From the NCBI GenBank assembly GCA_963764045.1, contig CAVXQW010000011.1:74203-138202 (forward strand): a stretch of 64,000 nt of DNA. The letters run 5' to 3'. The notes under the pieces are model-generated. The model made no database searches, was not told the origin of the DNA, and was given only the letters and a program-made list of their open reading frames with translations. The translations under genes and the position numbers were made by a program. This document shows, in pieces, positions 53,907 to 62,619 of the stretch. This DNA is from an uncultured bacterium. Its GTDB lineage: Bacteria > Desulfobacterota > Deferrimicrobia > Deferrimicrobiales > Deferrimicrobiaceae. How positions within the stretch are numbered: the first letter of the stretch is position 1; each line of letters starts with the position of its first letter.

Positions 53907-54459
53907 TAATTTCCTCCTGCCGTGGTGAGCTGGATTCCGCTTTCCTTCACGATCTTTTCTCCCGCGGTTGCCGACGAACTCTTCCTTCACGAAAATCTCC
54001 TTCCCGGTGATCCGGCTGACGACGCCGCCGGAGCGGCCGATCCGCGTTCCCACCGTCACGGAGTACCCCTTCCCTTCGGCGTCCTCCACAAGGCCCATCG
54101 CGCCCTTTTTCGTCCAGATGACGCCGACGAATTTCAACTCGCCCAGGTCATACCGCTGCAGAGGCGGGAGAGCCTTCGTGTCGATCCCCGCCTTCTTGCG
54201 CTCCTCGACCTTGATGAACGACACGAACGGATCCCGCTGCCCGCGGGGGTCGTAGAGGGAGGCCGTCTCGGCCTTTTTCGCCTGTACCTCTACCGGAGCG
54301 GCCGGGGGCTTCGCCTCCGGCTTCGGCGCCTGCATCTTTACCGCCTGCTGCGGCGGCGGCGCCGGTTCCTTGGAGCATCCGAACCCGCCCGCGAAGAGGG
54401 AAACCGCGGCGAGGATCCCAACGGCCAGGGAGATGATATCGCACGGGAGGGGGCCTCAT
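53904..54459 (-). CDS. pilP: type IV pilus assembly lipoprotein PilP (two homopolymer frameshifts)
   Basis: ATG MRPPP at 54457-54459. After the G5 run (54449-54453) the frame continues LPCDIISLAVGILAAVSLFAGGFGC (lipobox) SKEPAPPPQQAVKMQAPKPEA...LQRYDLGELKFVGVI...GKEIFVKEEF (PilP core). The tail shifts again to reach TAA overlapping the pilQ ATG (TAATG). Confidence 0.65.
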
Positions 54460-55073
54460 GGTTTCTTCCCCTGGGGTCCCGCGCCGGGAGTTGCGGCGGC
54501 CTGCTGTTCGAGGAAGCGGTAGGTGGTGGCCGTGCAGTTGACGGTCACCAGGACGACGTTGTCTCCGGACGGTTTGGGGGAAGAAAAGGTGATGTTGGAC
54601 AGGTTCACGATCCGGGGGTAGTGCGCCACCTTGTCGGAGAAGAGGGCGAAGCTGTGATAATCACCGTTGACGGAGATCGATACGGGGATTTCGGCGTAGA
54701 AATCCTTCTTGATCTCACCGGACGGGGCGAAGCGAAGGAAATCGAGCCCCGATTCCTTCCCGAGGTCGGAAACGCTCTTCAGCAGGGAGGGGATCTCCGC
54801 CGAGTTCGGTAGCTGCTCGAGCAGGAACGACAGCTGCGTCTCGAGCCGCTGGACCTCTTCCTTGAAGGAACGCAGGTTCCCGGCGATCGCCTGCTGCTCC
54901 CGGATCTTGCTCTGAAGGCCCGCCAGTTCGGTCTCCATCGCGCCGATCCGCTGCGACGCCTCCCGGTAATACAGGTAGTAGTACCCCGAGATGACGAGGC
55001 CGCAGAAAAGGACGGCAAGCAGAATCTTTTGCCGGGGCGGCACCTTCGAAAGATCGCCAAGTTTTAGCGCCAT
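54456..55073 (-). CDS. pilO: type IV pilus assembly protein PilO
   Basis: 205 aa with N-terminal TM, coiled coil and PilO periplasmic domain. Confidence 0.8.
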   Translation of the reverse strand: MALKLGDLSKVPPRQKILLAVLFCGLVISGYYYLYYREASQRIGAMETELAGLQSKIREQQAIAGNLRSFKEEVQRLETQLSFLLEQLPNSAEIPSLLKSVSDLGKESGLDFLRFAPSGEIKKDFYAEIPVSISVNGDYHSFALFSDKVAHYPRIVNLSNITFSSPKPSGDNVVLVTVNCTATTYRFLEQQAAATPGAGPQGKKP

Positions 55074-55101
55074 TCCGTATCCTCTCCCGGTGATGGGGCG
55101 T

Positions 55102-55635
55102 TCAGTTGACCGTCTGGAACGTCAAGTTGAACTTCACGAGTTTCACGCCCGCCACCGTCGTCTGCTCGGCGGCCCCCAGCACGACGTCGCGGAATCGGCC
55201 GGTCTGCCCGAGGGCGGTCATGAAGTTGGCGATCGTGTAGTTGTTCAAGGCAATGCCGGAAAGGGTGACCTTTTCGTCTTTCACGCCCAACGTGTCGATC
55301 CAGCACTTCTCGGGGATCGCGGCCGACAGCGCCTCGAAGTAGCGGACGGGGCCGGTACGCCCCTTCTGGAGGTTGGAGATGATGTCCACCTTTTTCTGGA
55401 GCTCCGCTTTCCGGGCCTTGAACTTCTCGACCTCGCCGATCTCTTTTTTCAGGCGCGCGATCTCGGAGTTGGCCTTCCCGATCTCCGCGTCGAGCTTCGA
55501 GATTCTTCCCGAAACCGTGGTGTGGAAGTAGATCGTCGCGGCCAGGACCACCAGCGGCAACGCAATCCAGGTGGCCCCGCCGTCCAGCTCCCTGCGCTTC
55601 TTCCGTTTCCCCCGGACTAGATTGATCCGGATCAT
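55102..55635 (-). CDS. pilN: type IV pilus assembly protein PilN
   Basis: Real start MIRINLVRGKRKK (177 aa), TM plus coiled coil. ATGA overlap with pilM. The upstream part of the 426-aa ORF is noise. Confidence 0.8.
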   Translation of the reverse strand: MIRINLVRGKRKKRRELDGGATWIALPLVVLAATIYFHTTVSGRISKLDAEIGKANSEIARLKKEIGEVEKFKARKAELQKKVDIISNLQKGRTGPVRYFEALSAAIPEKCWIDTLGVKDEKVTLSGIALNNYTIANFMTALGQTGRFRDVVLGAAEQTTVAGVKLVKFNLTFQTVN

Positions 55636-56693
55636 CCGCGAGCCTCCAGGTTCCGCAGCGCGAGACCGACCGACACCGTTGCGGAGGTGTTGAGTTGGGA
55701 AACCACGGACGAGTCGACGGCTTTTTCGTCCACCGTCAACCCCTCGAACGGATCGAAGATCTCCACGTCGACCCCGATTTTTTCCGCCAGCATCTCCTTC
55801 AGGAACGCAGACCTGGAGGCACCGCCGGTCAGGTACACTTTCGTCACCAGGCGGTCGGGGTAGGTCGCGGAGAAGAAGTTGCAGGATCGTTGCGCCTCGG
55901 TGGCGAGAAGGCTCGATACGACCTTCATGATCTCGGTGACCTTCTCCGAGCGTTCCCCGGGTTCCTTCTTTCCCGTCTTGTACTCTTCCGCCGTCTCGAA
56001 GCTGACGGCGACCTGCTTCTGGATCTCGGTGGTGTACATCCCTCCGCCCATCGGAACGTCCCGTGTGAAGAGGGGGACTCCGGCGTGCAGGATGTTGATG
56101 TTCATGAACGACGCTCCCACATTGACGACCATCGGCACCTGTTCGTCGGAAACCGGGTGGGTGAGCTCGAACGCGTTCCCGGCGGCCAGCGAGTCGATGT
56201 CGACGATCCGGGGGACGAGACCGGCATCCTTCACGACGGACATGTAGTCGTTGATCAGGTCGGTTTTCGCCGCCACAAGGAGGACGTCCATCTTGGAGGG
56301 GTCGTCCTTCAACGGGCCGATCACCTGGAAGTCGATCTTGACGTCCTTGATATCGAAGGGGATGTACTGCTCCACCTCCCACTGGATCGACTCCTCGAGC
56401 TCCTCGGCGGTCGTCGTGGGCAGCTGCACCTTCTTGATGATCACGGAGTGCCCGGAGAGGGAGATGGCGACCTCCTTCTCGTGGATCTTCAACTCCCGCA
56501 GGGCGGTCTTGATCCCCTCGACGACGGCGCCGTGGTCCATGATCGCCCCGTCGACGATCGCGTCGGCCGGAAGAGGGAAGACCCCGAACTTCCGCAGACG
56601 GTTCTCGGCGCCCACCGCCTTGACGTGGGCCATCTTGACGGAACTCGACCCGATGTCCAGCCCAATGAGCTCTTTGCTGCCGAACAGCCCCAT
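55632..56693 (-). CDS. pilM: type IV pilus assembly protein PilM (actin-like ATPase fold)
   Basis: 353 aa, MGLFGSKELIGLDIGSSSVKMAHV... Confidence 0.9.
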   Translation of the reverse strand: MGLFGSKELIGLDIGSSSVKMAHVKAVGAENRLRKFGVFPLPADAIVDGAIMDHGAVVEGIKTALRELKIHEKEVAISLSGHSVIIKKVQLPTTTAEELEESIQWEVEQYIPFDIKDVKIDFQVIGPLKDDPSKMDVLLVAAKTDLINDYMSVVKDAGLVPRIVDIDSLAAGNAFELTHPVSDEQVPMVVNVGASFMNINILHAGVPLFTRDVPMGGGMYTTEIQKQVAVSFETAEEYKTGKKEPGERSEKVTEIMKVVSSLLATEAQRSCNFFSATYPDRLVTKVYLTGGASRSAFLKEMLAEKIGVDVEIFDPFEGLTVDEKAVDSSVVSQLNTSATVSVGLALRNLEARG

Positions 56694-56715
56694 CGACGCC
56701 CCCGTGATCCCGCCG

Positions 56716-56994
56716 CTATCCCTTGTTGAACACCTTGTCCCGGTCGGACAGCTTCAAGCCGAGCGACAGGATGATCTTGCGCTTCGTGTCCATGCGGCAC
56801 GCCATCCCCTTTTCCACCCGGTCGATCGTGAGGACCGAGATCTTCGCGCGCCGCGCCAGCTCCGCCTTGCTTAACAGGAGCCCTTCCCTTACTTTTCGGA
56901 CGTTGTTGGGCGTAACTTTAACATTTTCTTTTCCGGATTTTATTTTTTCTTTTTCGGGGCTGCCCACGGTTTTCGGCTCCTCCGATATCTCCAT
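56716..56994 (-). CDS. small XRE-family helix-turn-helix DNA-binding protein
   Basis: Real start is probably MEISEEPKTVGSPEKEKIK... (ATG 56992-56994). HTH region NVRKVREGLLLSKAELARRAKISVLTIDRVEKG. The N-terminal half is Lys-rich and the DNA is AT-rich. Confidence 0.6.
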   Translation of the reverse strand: MEISEEPKTVGSPEKEKIKSGKENVKVTPNNVRKVREGLLLSKAELARRAKISVLTIDRVEKGMACRMDTKRKIILSLGLKLSDRDKVFNKG

Positions 56995-57096
56995 GTTTCG
57001 AGGCCAAAAGACGTCACCCGTGAAAAAGTATAGCTCGCGCATATTACGTGTCAAGGAATATTCAAGTGACATAAAATGACGCATACTTATGCGATA
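56995..57096. promoter_or_regulatory. AT-rich intergenic region with several short inverted repeats (candidate promoter/operator upstream of HTH-pilMNOPQ)
   Basis: TCACccGTGA, TGTCA-n13-TGACA and GCATActTATGC palindromes within a ~100-nt stretch of sharply lower GC. Confidence 0.35.
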
Positions 57097-58494
57097 TTAT
57101 CCTGCCTCGATCCCGAACTCCTTTGCTTTGTAGAGGAGCGTCGGGTGGCTGATCCCGAGCAGTTCCGCCGCCTTGGGGCGGCTCCCCCCTGTCCGCTCCA
57201 GGGCAATCCGGATCAACTGGCGCTCTAGTTCCCGAACTGCGCCTTTGAGATCCGGCCGCTCCGGGGAGACGGGGATCCGGATTTCGAAAGTCGGCCCGGT
57301 CTCTCTTCCCACCGGCGACCCGCTCCCCATCCACACCGCGAGCAACCCGGCACGGGGAATCTCGGCACCCGTCGCCAACAAGGTGCAACGTTCCATCAGG
57401 TTGCGGAGCTCGCGGACGTTCCCCCGCCACTCGTGGGCGGTCATCGCCGCGAGGGCATCCGACGACAGGGCCATCTCGCGCTTCCCGTACTTCCCGCAAT
57501 AGTGGGACAGGAAGTGCTTCGCGAGGAGCGGAATATCGTCGCGGCGCTCCCTCAGGGGGGGGACATGGATACGGATCACGTTGAGGCGATAGAAGAGGTC
57601 CTCGCGGAACCGTCCCCCGGCTACCTCCTGCTCGAGGTCGCGCGCCGTCGCGGCCACCAGGCGCACGTTGACCTTCCTTGTCTCCGTGTCGCCGAGGCGA
57701 CGGATCTCCCCCTCCTGAAGAAAACGGAGGAGCTTCGTCTGGAGCGCCAGGGGGAGTTCCCCGATCTCATCGAGGAAGAGCGTGCCTCCGCCGGCCTCCT
57801 CGATCAGACCGGCCCGGTCGGATTTCGCCTCGGTGAAGGCACCGCGGCGGTGACCGAAGAGCTCGCTCTCGAGAAGCGTTTCCGGGATCGCGCCGCAGTT
57901 GACGGCGACGAACGGCTTTCCTTTCCTGCGCCCCCCGAAATGGAGAAGGCGCGCCACCAGCTCCTTCCCGGTCCCGCTCTCCCCGGTGACCAGCACCGTT
58001 GCATCGTAATCCTTCACCTTGCCCGCCGTCCGGACCACCTCTTCCATCGGGCCGGAGGCGTAGAGGATCTCCTCCGGGCGGGCGGTCTTCTCGATCTCGC
58101 TTCGCAGGAAGGCGTTCTCGGTCCGCAGCCGCTCCCGCTCCGCCGCCTTCCGGAGGGTGAGGAGGATCTCGTCGCTCATGAACGGCTTCGAAACGTAGTC
58201 GTAGGCGCCCAGTTTCATCGCCTCGACGGCGGTTTCCACGGTGCCGAACGCCGACATCATGATGACGGTCCCGGGGATCCCGCGCGCGGTGATCTCCCGC
58301 AGGAGGTCGAGACCGCCCATCACGGGCATCCGCAGGTCGCACAGGAGAAAATCGAACGACGAGGCGCCGAGGATCCCGAGCGCTTCCTTCCCGTCCCCCG
58401 CCTGCTGGACCTCGTACCCTTCCGCGGTCAGGATTCTCGCCAGCGCGTCGCGCAGCGACGCCTCGTCGTCCACGATCAGGATCCGGTCAGCCAT
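57097..58494 (-). CDS. pilR: sigma-54-dependent response regulator (NtrC family; PilR-like)
   Basis: Real start MADRILIVDDEASLRD (ATG 58492-58494). REC domain, AAA+ with GESGTGKE and GAFTGA, C-terminal Fis-type HTH. Confidence 0.85.
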   Translation of the reverse strand: MADRILIVDDEASLRDALARILTAEGYEVQQAGDGKEALGILGASSFDFLLCDLRMPVMGGLDLLREITARGIPGTVIMMSAFGTVETAVEAMKLGAYDYVSKPFMSDEILLTLRKAAERERLRTENAFLRSEIEKTARPEEILYASGPMEEVVRTAGKVKDYDATVLVTGESGTGKELVARLLHFGGRRKGKPFVAVNCGAIPETLLESELFGHRRGAFTEAKSDRAGLIEEAGGGTLFLDEIGELPLALQTKLLRFLQEGEIRRLGDTETRKVNVRLVAATARDLEQEVAGGRFREDLFYRLNVIRIHVPPLRERRDDIPLLAKHFLSHYCGKYGKREMALSSDALAAMTAHEWRGNVRELRNLMERCTLLATGAEIPRAGLLAVWMGSGSPVGRETGPTFEIRIPVSPERPDLKGAVRELERQLIRIALERTGGSRPKAAELLGISHPTLLYKAKEFGIEAG

Positions 58495-60036
58495 GGCTCC
58501 TCTTTTCTCCCCCGCTCCCCGCCGTTCCGCGGGCGGACGGCAGCACCACGAGGAAGGTCGCCCCCTTCCCCTCCTCGCTCTCCGCGCGGATCTCGCCCCC
58601 CGCCCCCTCGACGATCGTCCGCGAAACCGAGAGGCCAAGCCCCGTCCCCTTGCCCGGCTCCTTGGTCGTGAAGAACGGGTCGAAGAGGAGTGGGAGATCG
58701 GCGGCCGGGATCCCGCCCCCGGTGTCCGTCACGGCAAGTGCGACGCCTCCTCCCATTCCGGCTCCGGCAATGCGCAGTGGCGTGCCGTCCATCCCAGGCG
58801 GATCCGTCTCCCGCCGGCGCAGGGGGGATCGTCGGCCAGAACTCCACCCCTCCATCCACCACGTCCGCACGGTCACCATCCCGCGGCCCTTCATCGCGTC
58901 CACCGCGTTGATGACGAGGTTGAGCAGCACCTGGCGGAACCGGTCCTCGAGGATCGCCACCCGGGGCGTTTCGCCGAGCTCCAACCGAACCTCCACGTCG
59001 TGGAACAGGTTCCGGTACGAGAGCATTTCGACCGTCTCGCGCACCACGGCGTTCACGTCCGTCGCCCCTTCCCTCCCGCCGCCCGGAGACGCCACCGAGA
59101 GGAGCCCCCGGACGATGGTCTCGATCTTCTTCGTTTCCTGCGACGACCTTATCGAGGCACTCCTTCGACTCCGCGGTACCCGGCTGATGCTTCAGCAGGT
59201 GCTCCGCGTACCCGCGGATCGCCATCAGCGGATTCCCCACCTCGTGGGCGACCCCGGCCGCAAGCCGCCCCACGGTCGCGAGCTTCTCGGACCGGAACGT
59301 CTCCTTCTCGGAGCGGCGCAGCCGTTCCTGCGCCTCCAGAATCCCCTCGACCATCCGGTTGAAGGAGGCGGCGAGCTGCCCCACCTCGTTCCCCTCGACG
59401 CCTTCGACCCGCAGCGAGTAATCCCCCGCCGCGACCTTCTCGGCGGCGGACGCGAGCTTGCGGACGGGGGAGATCACGGTCCGGTCGAGAAAGATCCCCC
59501 CGAAAAGGACGATGACGGCGATGTCGATCGCGGCCAGCAGCAGCGTGACGTTCACGAAGGTCGCGACCTCGGCGGCGATCCCCGGGGAATGGAAGCGGAC
59601 CCGGATGCCGCGGGGGACGGAAGCGGCAGCGGATGTGATGGGCGGGGAGAGCGGACCGAACGGGAGGATCACGTCCACGGTGGGATACACCGGCAGGAAC
59701 GGGAACGCCTTCTCCCCAACGGGAATGACCTTCGGGAGGCCATCGGGCGGCGGTTCCGGCAGCAGGACGACTTCGCTGATGTAGGGGGAGAGGGAACCGG
59801 AGAAAATCCCGCCTGTGAGATTCGGGGACCCCGGGTTCTCCGCAACTCTCCTTTTCCACCGCCCTCCGGACGACACCGGCGACGGAGATGCCGGCCTCCA
59901 CGTTGCGGCGCTGCATGGTGACCTCGATCACCTTCAGCGCGAAGACGGCGAGGAGCGCAAGGGAAGCGGTGGCCACCAGCGCGAGCTGCAGCACGACGCC
60001 GGCGCGAATCGAAAGCGGGCGCCTCAGCAGGCCCAT
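58487..60036 (-). CDS. pilS: sensor histidine kinase (PilS-like), split over three frames
   Basis: TM N-terminus MGLLRRPLSIRAGVVLQLALVATASLALLAVFALKV (ATG 60034-60036) in ORF 59149..60195. HAMP plus HisKA (GVAHEVGNPLMAIRGY) in ORF 58476..59876. HATPase_c (NAVDAM...DTGGGIP...GTGLGLSV) in ORF 58487..59095. Junctions near 59125-59140 and ~59790-59880. Confidence 0.7.
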
Positions 60037-60106
60037 GGGACGAGAATCCGCGTTGACTCTGCGTTCACGCGGATTAGAATAACAAAAACGGGAGAGGGAG
60101 GCGAAT

Positions 60107-60586
60107 TTGGGCGCGGTCGAGGATCGTCGTCGCGCGAGGGCCGTGGACCGGCATTTCCAGTTGGGGCTCGCAGTGCGGCTCCTCCTGGTGCTCACGATCC
60201 TCTTCGCGGCGGGGCTCCTCCTTGCGTTCGCTCCGTCGTATTACGTCATCGCGACGACGAACGACCTGAAATCCCTCGAGCCCGCCGCTGCCGAGTTTCT
60301 TGTGCTTCACAAGCGCCTCTTGCCCGCGGCGCTCCTCTCCCTCGCCGGAATCTTCCTTTATGCGATCTTCTTCAGCCGCCGGATCACGGGGACGTTGCAC
60401 GGAATCAATGCGATCCTCCGGGCGCTCATCGAAGACCGGGATCCCCCCGTCGTGAAATTCCGCAACGACGACTACTTCCAGCCCACCGCCGCGCTGCTGA
60501 AGGAACTGTCGGAGAAGATGCGCGCCTCACGGGGAACCACGGCACCTCGCCCCGGCGGCAATCCCCCGCCCGGCGAGGCAAAATGA
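60107..60586 (+). CDS. small membrane protein with 2 TM + HAMP-like segment, no output domain
   Basis: 159 aa with TTG start after GGGAGAGGGAGG. LAVRLLLVLTILFAAGLLLAFAP...LLSLAGIFLYAIFFSRRITGTLHGINAILRALIEDRDPPVVKFRNDDYFQPTAALLKELSEKM resembles a HAMP helix pattern. Its TGA overlaps the next ATG (ATGA). Confidence 0.5.
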   Translation: MGAVEDRRRARAVDRHFQLGLAVRLLLVLTILFAAGLLLAFAPSYYVIATTNDLKSLEPAAAEFLVLHKRLLPAALLSLAGIFLYAIFFSRRITGTLHGINAILRALIEDRDPPVVKFRNDDYFQPTAALLKELSEKMRASRGTTAPRPGGNPPPGEAK

Positions 60587-61071
60587 ATCTGTCCCGGAGG
60601 ATCTCCCTGCGGGCCGACGGGCTCACGCGCAATTTAAGACTTTGGCCGGCACCGTCGATCCGCACCATACACCGCCCCGCCAATGGGAATATTCGAACCG
60701 GCAGACGCGGGTTCACGCTGATCGAGATCACGATCGTCCTCCTGCTCATCGGCATCCTGGCAGCTATTGCCGTTCCCACGTATCGAATGGTGGTCAGCAA
60801 GGCGCGGATGACGCAGGCAAAGACGGTGCTCGGCCACCTCACCAAGACGGAGGCCACCTACTTCAGCGACCACGACCAATACACGGACAACGTCGTGCTG
60901 CTGGATTTCGACCCAGTGAAGTACGACTACTACGAGGTTTCGGTGGTCCTGGACAACGACGCGAAGAATTACAAAGGGACCGCAACGGGGATCGGCATCA
61001 TGACGGGGGACTCCTGGACGATCACCAAGGACGGGCAGCCGATCCAGGCCGACAACTCCGTGTTCAGATGA
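60583..61071 (+). CDS. pilA: type IV pilin (PilA-like, N-methylated G|FTLIE class, no Cys pair)
   Basis: ...RTGRRG|FTLIEITIVLLLIGILAAIAVPTYRMVVSKARMTQAKTVLGHL... mature ~119 aa. Either an unusually long 43-aa leader from ATG 60583, or ATG 60683 plus one extra G in the GGG run, giving a classic 10-aa leader MGNIRTGRRG. Confidence 0.7.
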   Translation: MNLSRRISLRADGLTRNLRLWPAPSIRTIHRPANGNIRTGRRGFTLIEITIVLLLIGILAAIAVPTYRMVVSKARMTQAKTVLGHLTKTEATYFSDHDQYTDNVVLLDFDPVKYDYYEVSVVLDNDAKNYKGTATGIGIMTGDSWTITKDGQPIQADNSVFR

Positions 61072-61843
61072 GGATCCACCCCCAGAACACCCCCCCCAGG
61101 TACCGCGCCCCGAGGGCGGCGACGCACAGGTAGGGCCCGAACGGGATCGCCGTCTTCAGCCCCTCCCCGCCTTTCCGCATCGCCAGGATCCCCCCCGTCG
61201 CACCGAGGAGCGCGCCGAAGAAGATCGTCGCAAGCGTCCCGCGCCACCCGACGAACGCGCCGATCATCGCCAGCAGCTTGATGTCGCCGCCTCCCATCCC
61301 CTCGGCCCCGCGGATCTTCTCGTACAGGAACGCGGTGGCGTAGAGGATCCCGCCCCCCAGCAGCGCACCCGTGAAACTCCCCTTCCAATCCCCGCCGGGA
61401 AGAAAGGAAAGGAGGAGTCCCGCGGCGAGGCCGCCGAGGGAGAGTTCGTCGGGGATGATCCGGTGGTCGATGTCGATGAAGGCGATCGGTACGAGGAGGG
61501 AGAAGAAGAGGAGGTCGCGCAGCAGCGGGATCCCGGGGCCGTCCAGAAGAAAGATCGCCCCGAACCCGGCCGCGGTGAGCAGTTCGACCGCCGGGTACCG
61601 CCAGGAGATCGCTCCCCCGCATCCCGCGCACTTTCCCCCGAGGAGGATGAAACTCGCGACGGGGATATTCTCCCACGCCCGGATCGCCCGGCCGCAGCCG
61701 GGGCAGCGCGACCGGGGGGAGACGATCGACTCCCCGCGCGGCAGCCGGTGGATCACCACGTTCAGGAAAGATCCGATGCATGCGCCGAAGAGGAACATCG
61801 CCAAAGCGGCGAAGTGGATGATACCGGCGGGCCCTGCGGTCAT
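61064..61843 (-). CDS. pilD: prepilin peptidase (A24 family)
   Basis: Start MTAGPAGIIHFAALAMFLFGACIGSFLNVVIHRLP (ATG 61841-61843), with CPGCG...CAGCG zinc tetrad and catalytic Asp regions IDIDHRIIPDE and GGGDIKLLA. Overlaps the 3' end of pilA convergently. Confidence 0.85.
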   Translation of the reverse strand: MTAGPAGIIHFAALAMFLFGACIGSFLNVVIHRLPRGESIVSPRSRCPGCGRAIRAWENIPVASFILLGGKCAGCGGAISWRYPAVELLTAAGFGAIFLLDGPGIPLLRDLLFFSLLVPIAFIDIDHRIIPDELSLGGLAAGLLLSFLPGGDWKGSFTGALLGGGILYATAFLYEKIRGAEGMGGGDIKLLAMIGAFVGWRGTLATIFFGALLGATGGILAMRKGGEGLKTAIPFGPYLCVAALGARYLGGVFWGWILI

Positions 61844-62617
61844 TTGAAGTCTTTGCGGGAAAAGAGGAGGCAGGAAAGGCAAAGAACGCATGCGGCGTAG
61901 GCCACCAGGTACCCCGCCGCCCATCCGAGGATGGAGAACGATTTCAGGCTCCCGTACGGCACCTCGTTCTTCCAGTTGAAGTTCTCGAGGTTCGGCAGGA
62001 GGATAGAACAGGAAGCGGCTCGCCCACCGCACCGCCGCCTCCTTCGACTGCTCCCCGAGAACGTAGAGGTACTTCGTAAGATGGCCGACGAGGAAGAGGG
62101 AGAGCGTGAAGATGGCGCTCAACACCGGCGTGGTGAACGTCGAGAAGAGGGAGGCCAGGCACGTGAGCAGCACCAGCTCCATGTAGATCCCCGCGGAGGC
62201 GATGAAGATGCCGACCTCCGCCCTGCCGCCGTACCGGTAGGAATAATGCACGAGGAAGAGGACCGTCGCCATCGCGAGCGTCGTGAGCAGAAGGGTGACG
62301 CTCAATCCCAGCGTCTTCCCGAAGATGAACTCGAAGCGCCGCACCGGCTTGGAGAGGAGGATGTAGATCGTCTTCCGGTCGATCTCGTTGCTGACGAGGT
62401 TGATCCCGAGGAAGACCGCCATGATGACGCCGAAAATGTGGATGCTGGCCAGCCCCACGTCGGCGATGATCCGGGCGAAGTCCCCCACCGACAGGTCGGC
62501 GAGGAAGAAGGTCATCCCGATGACGAAGAGGGCGAAGGCGAGGATCGCGTAGAGGATCTTGTTCCGGATCGTCTCCCGGAAGGTGTTGGCGGCGATGGAG
62601 AAGATTCTGCGGAACAT
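61840..62617 (-). CDS. ABC-2-type transporter permease (frameshift ~61990-62010)
   Basis: MFRRIFSIAANTFRETIRNKILYAILAFALFVIG... six TM segments in the long ORF frame. True C-terminus ...LLPNLENFNWKNEVPYGSLKSFSILGWAAGYLVAYAACVLCLSCLLFSRKDFK* in the +1 frame. It ends TGA overlapping the pilD ATG (ATGA). Confidence 0.65.
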
Positions 62618-62619
62618 CT

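Noticed and set aside
52110-54335. 741-aa PilP-PilQ fusion ORF
   Set aside because: The pilQ signal peptide and an SD (AGGAGGAAATTA) precede an internal ATGATG. The pilP stop (TAATG) is present in the adjacent frame.
60586-60683. Sigma-54 (-24 GG / -12 GC) promoter upstream of pilA expected from PilR dependence
   Set aside because: TGGCCGGCACCGTCGATCCGCA contains GG and GC elements but not with the canonical 10-nt spacing. I could not support a confident call by eye.
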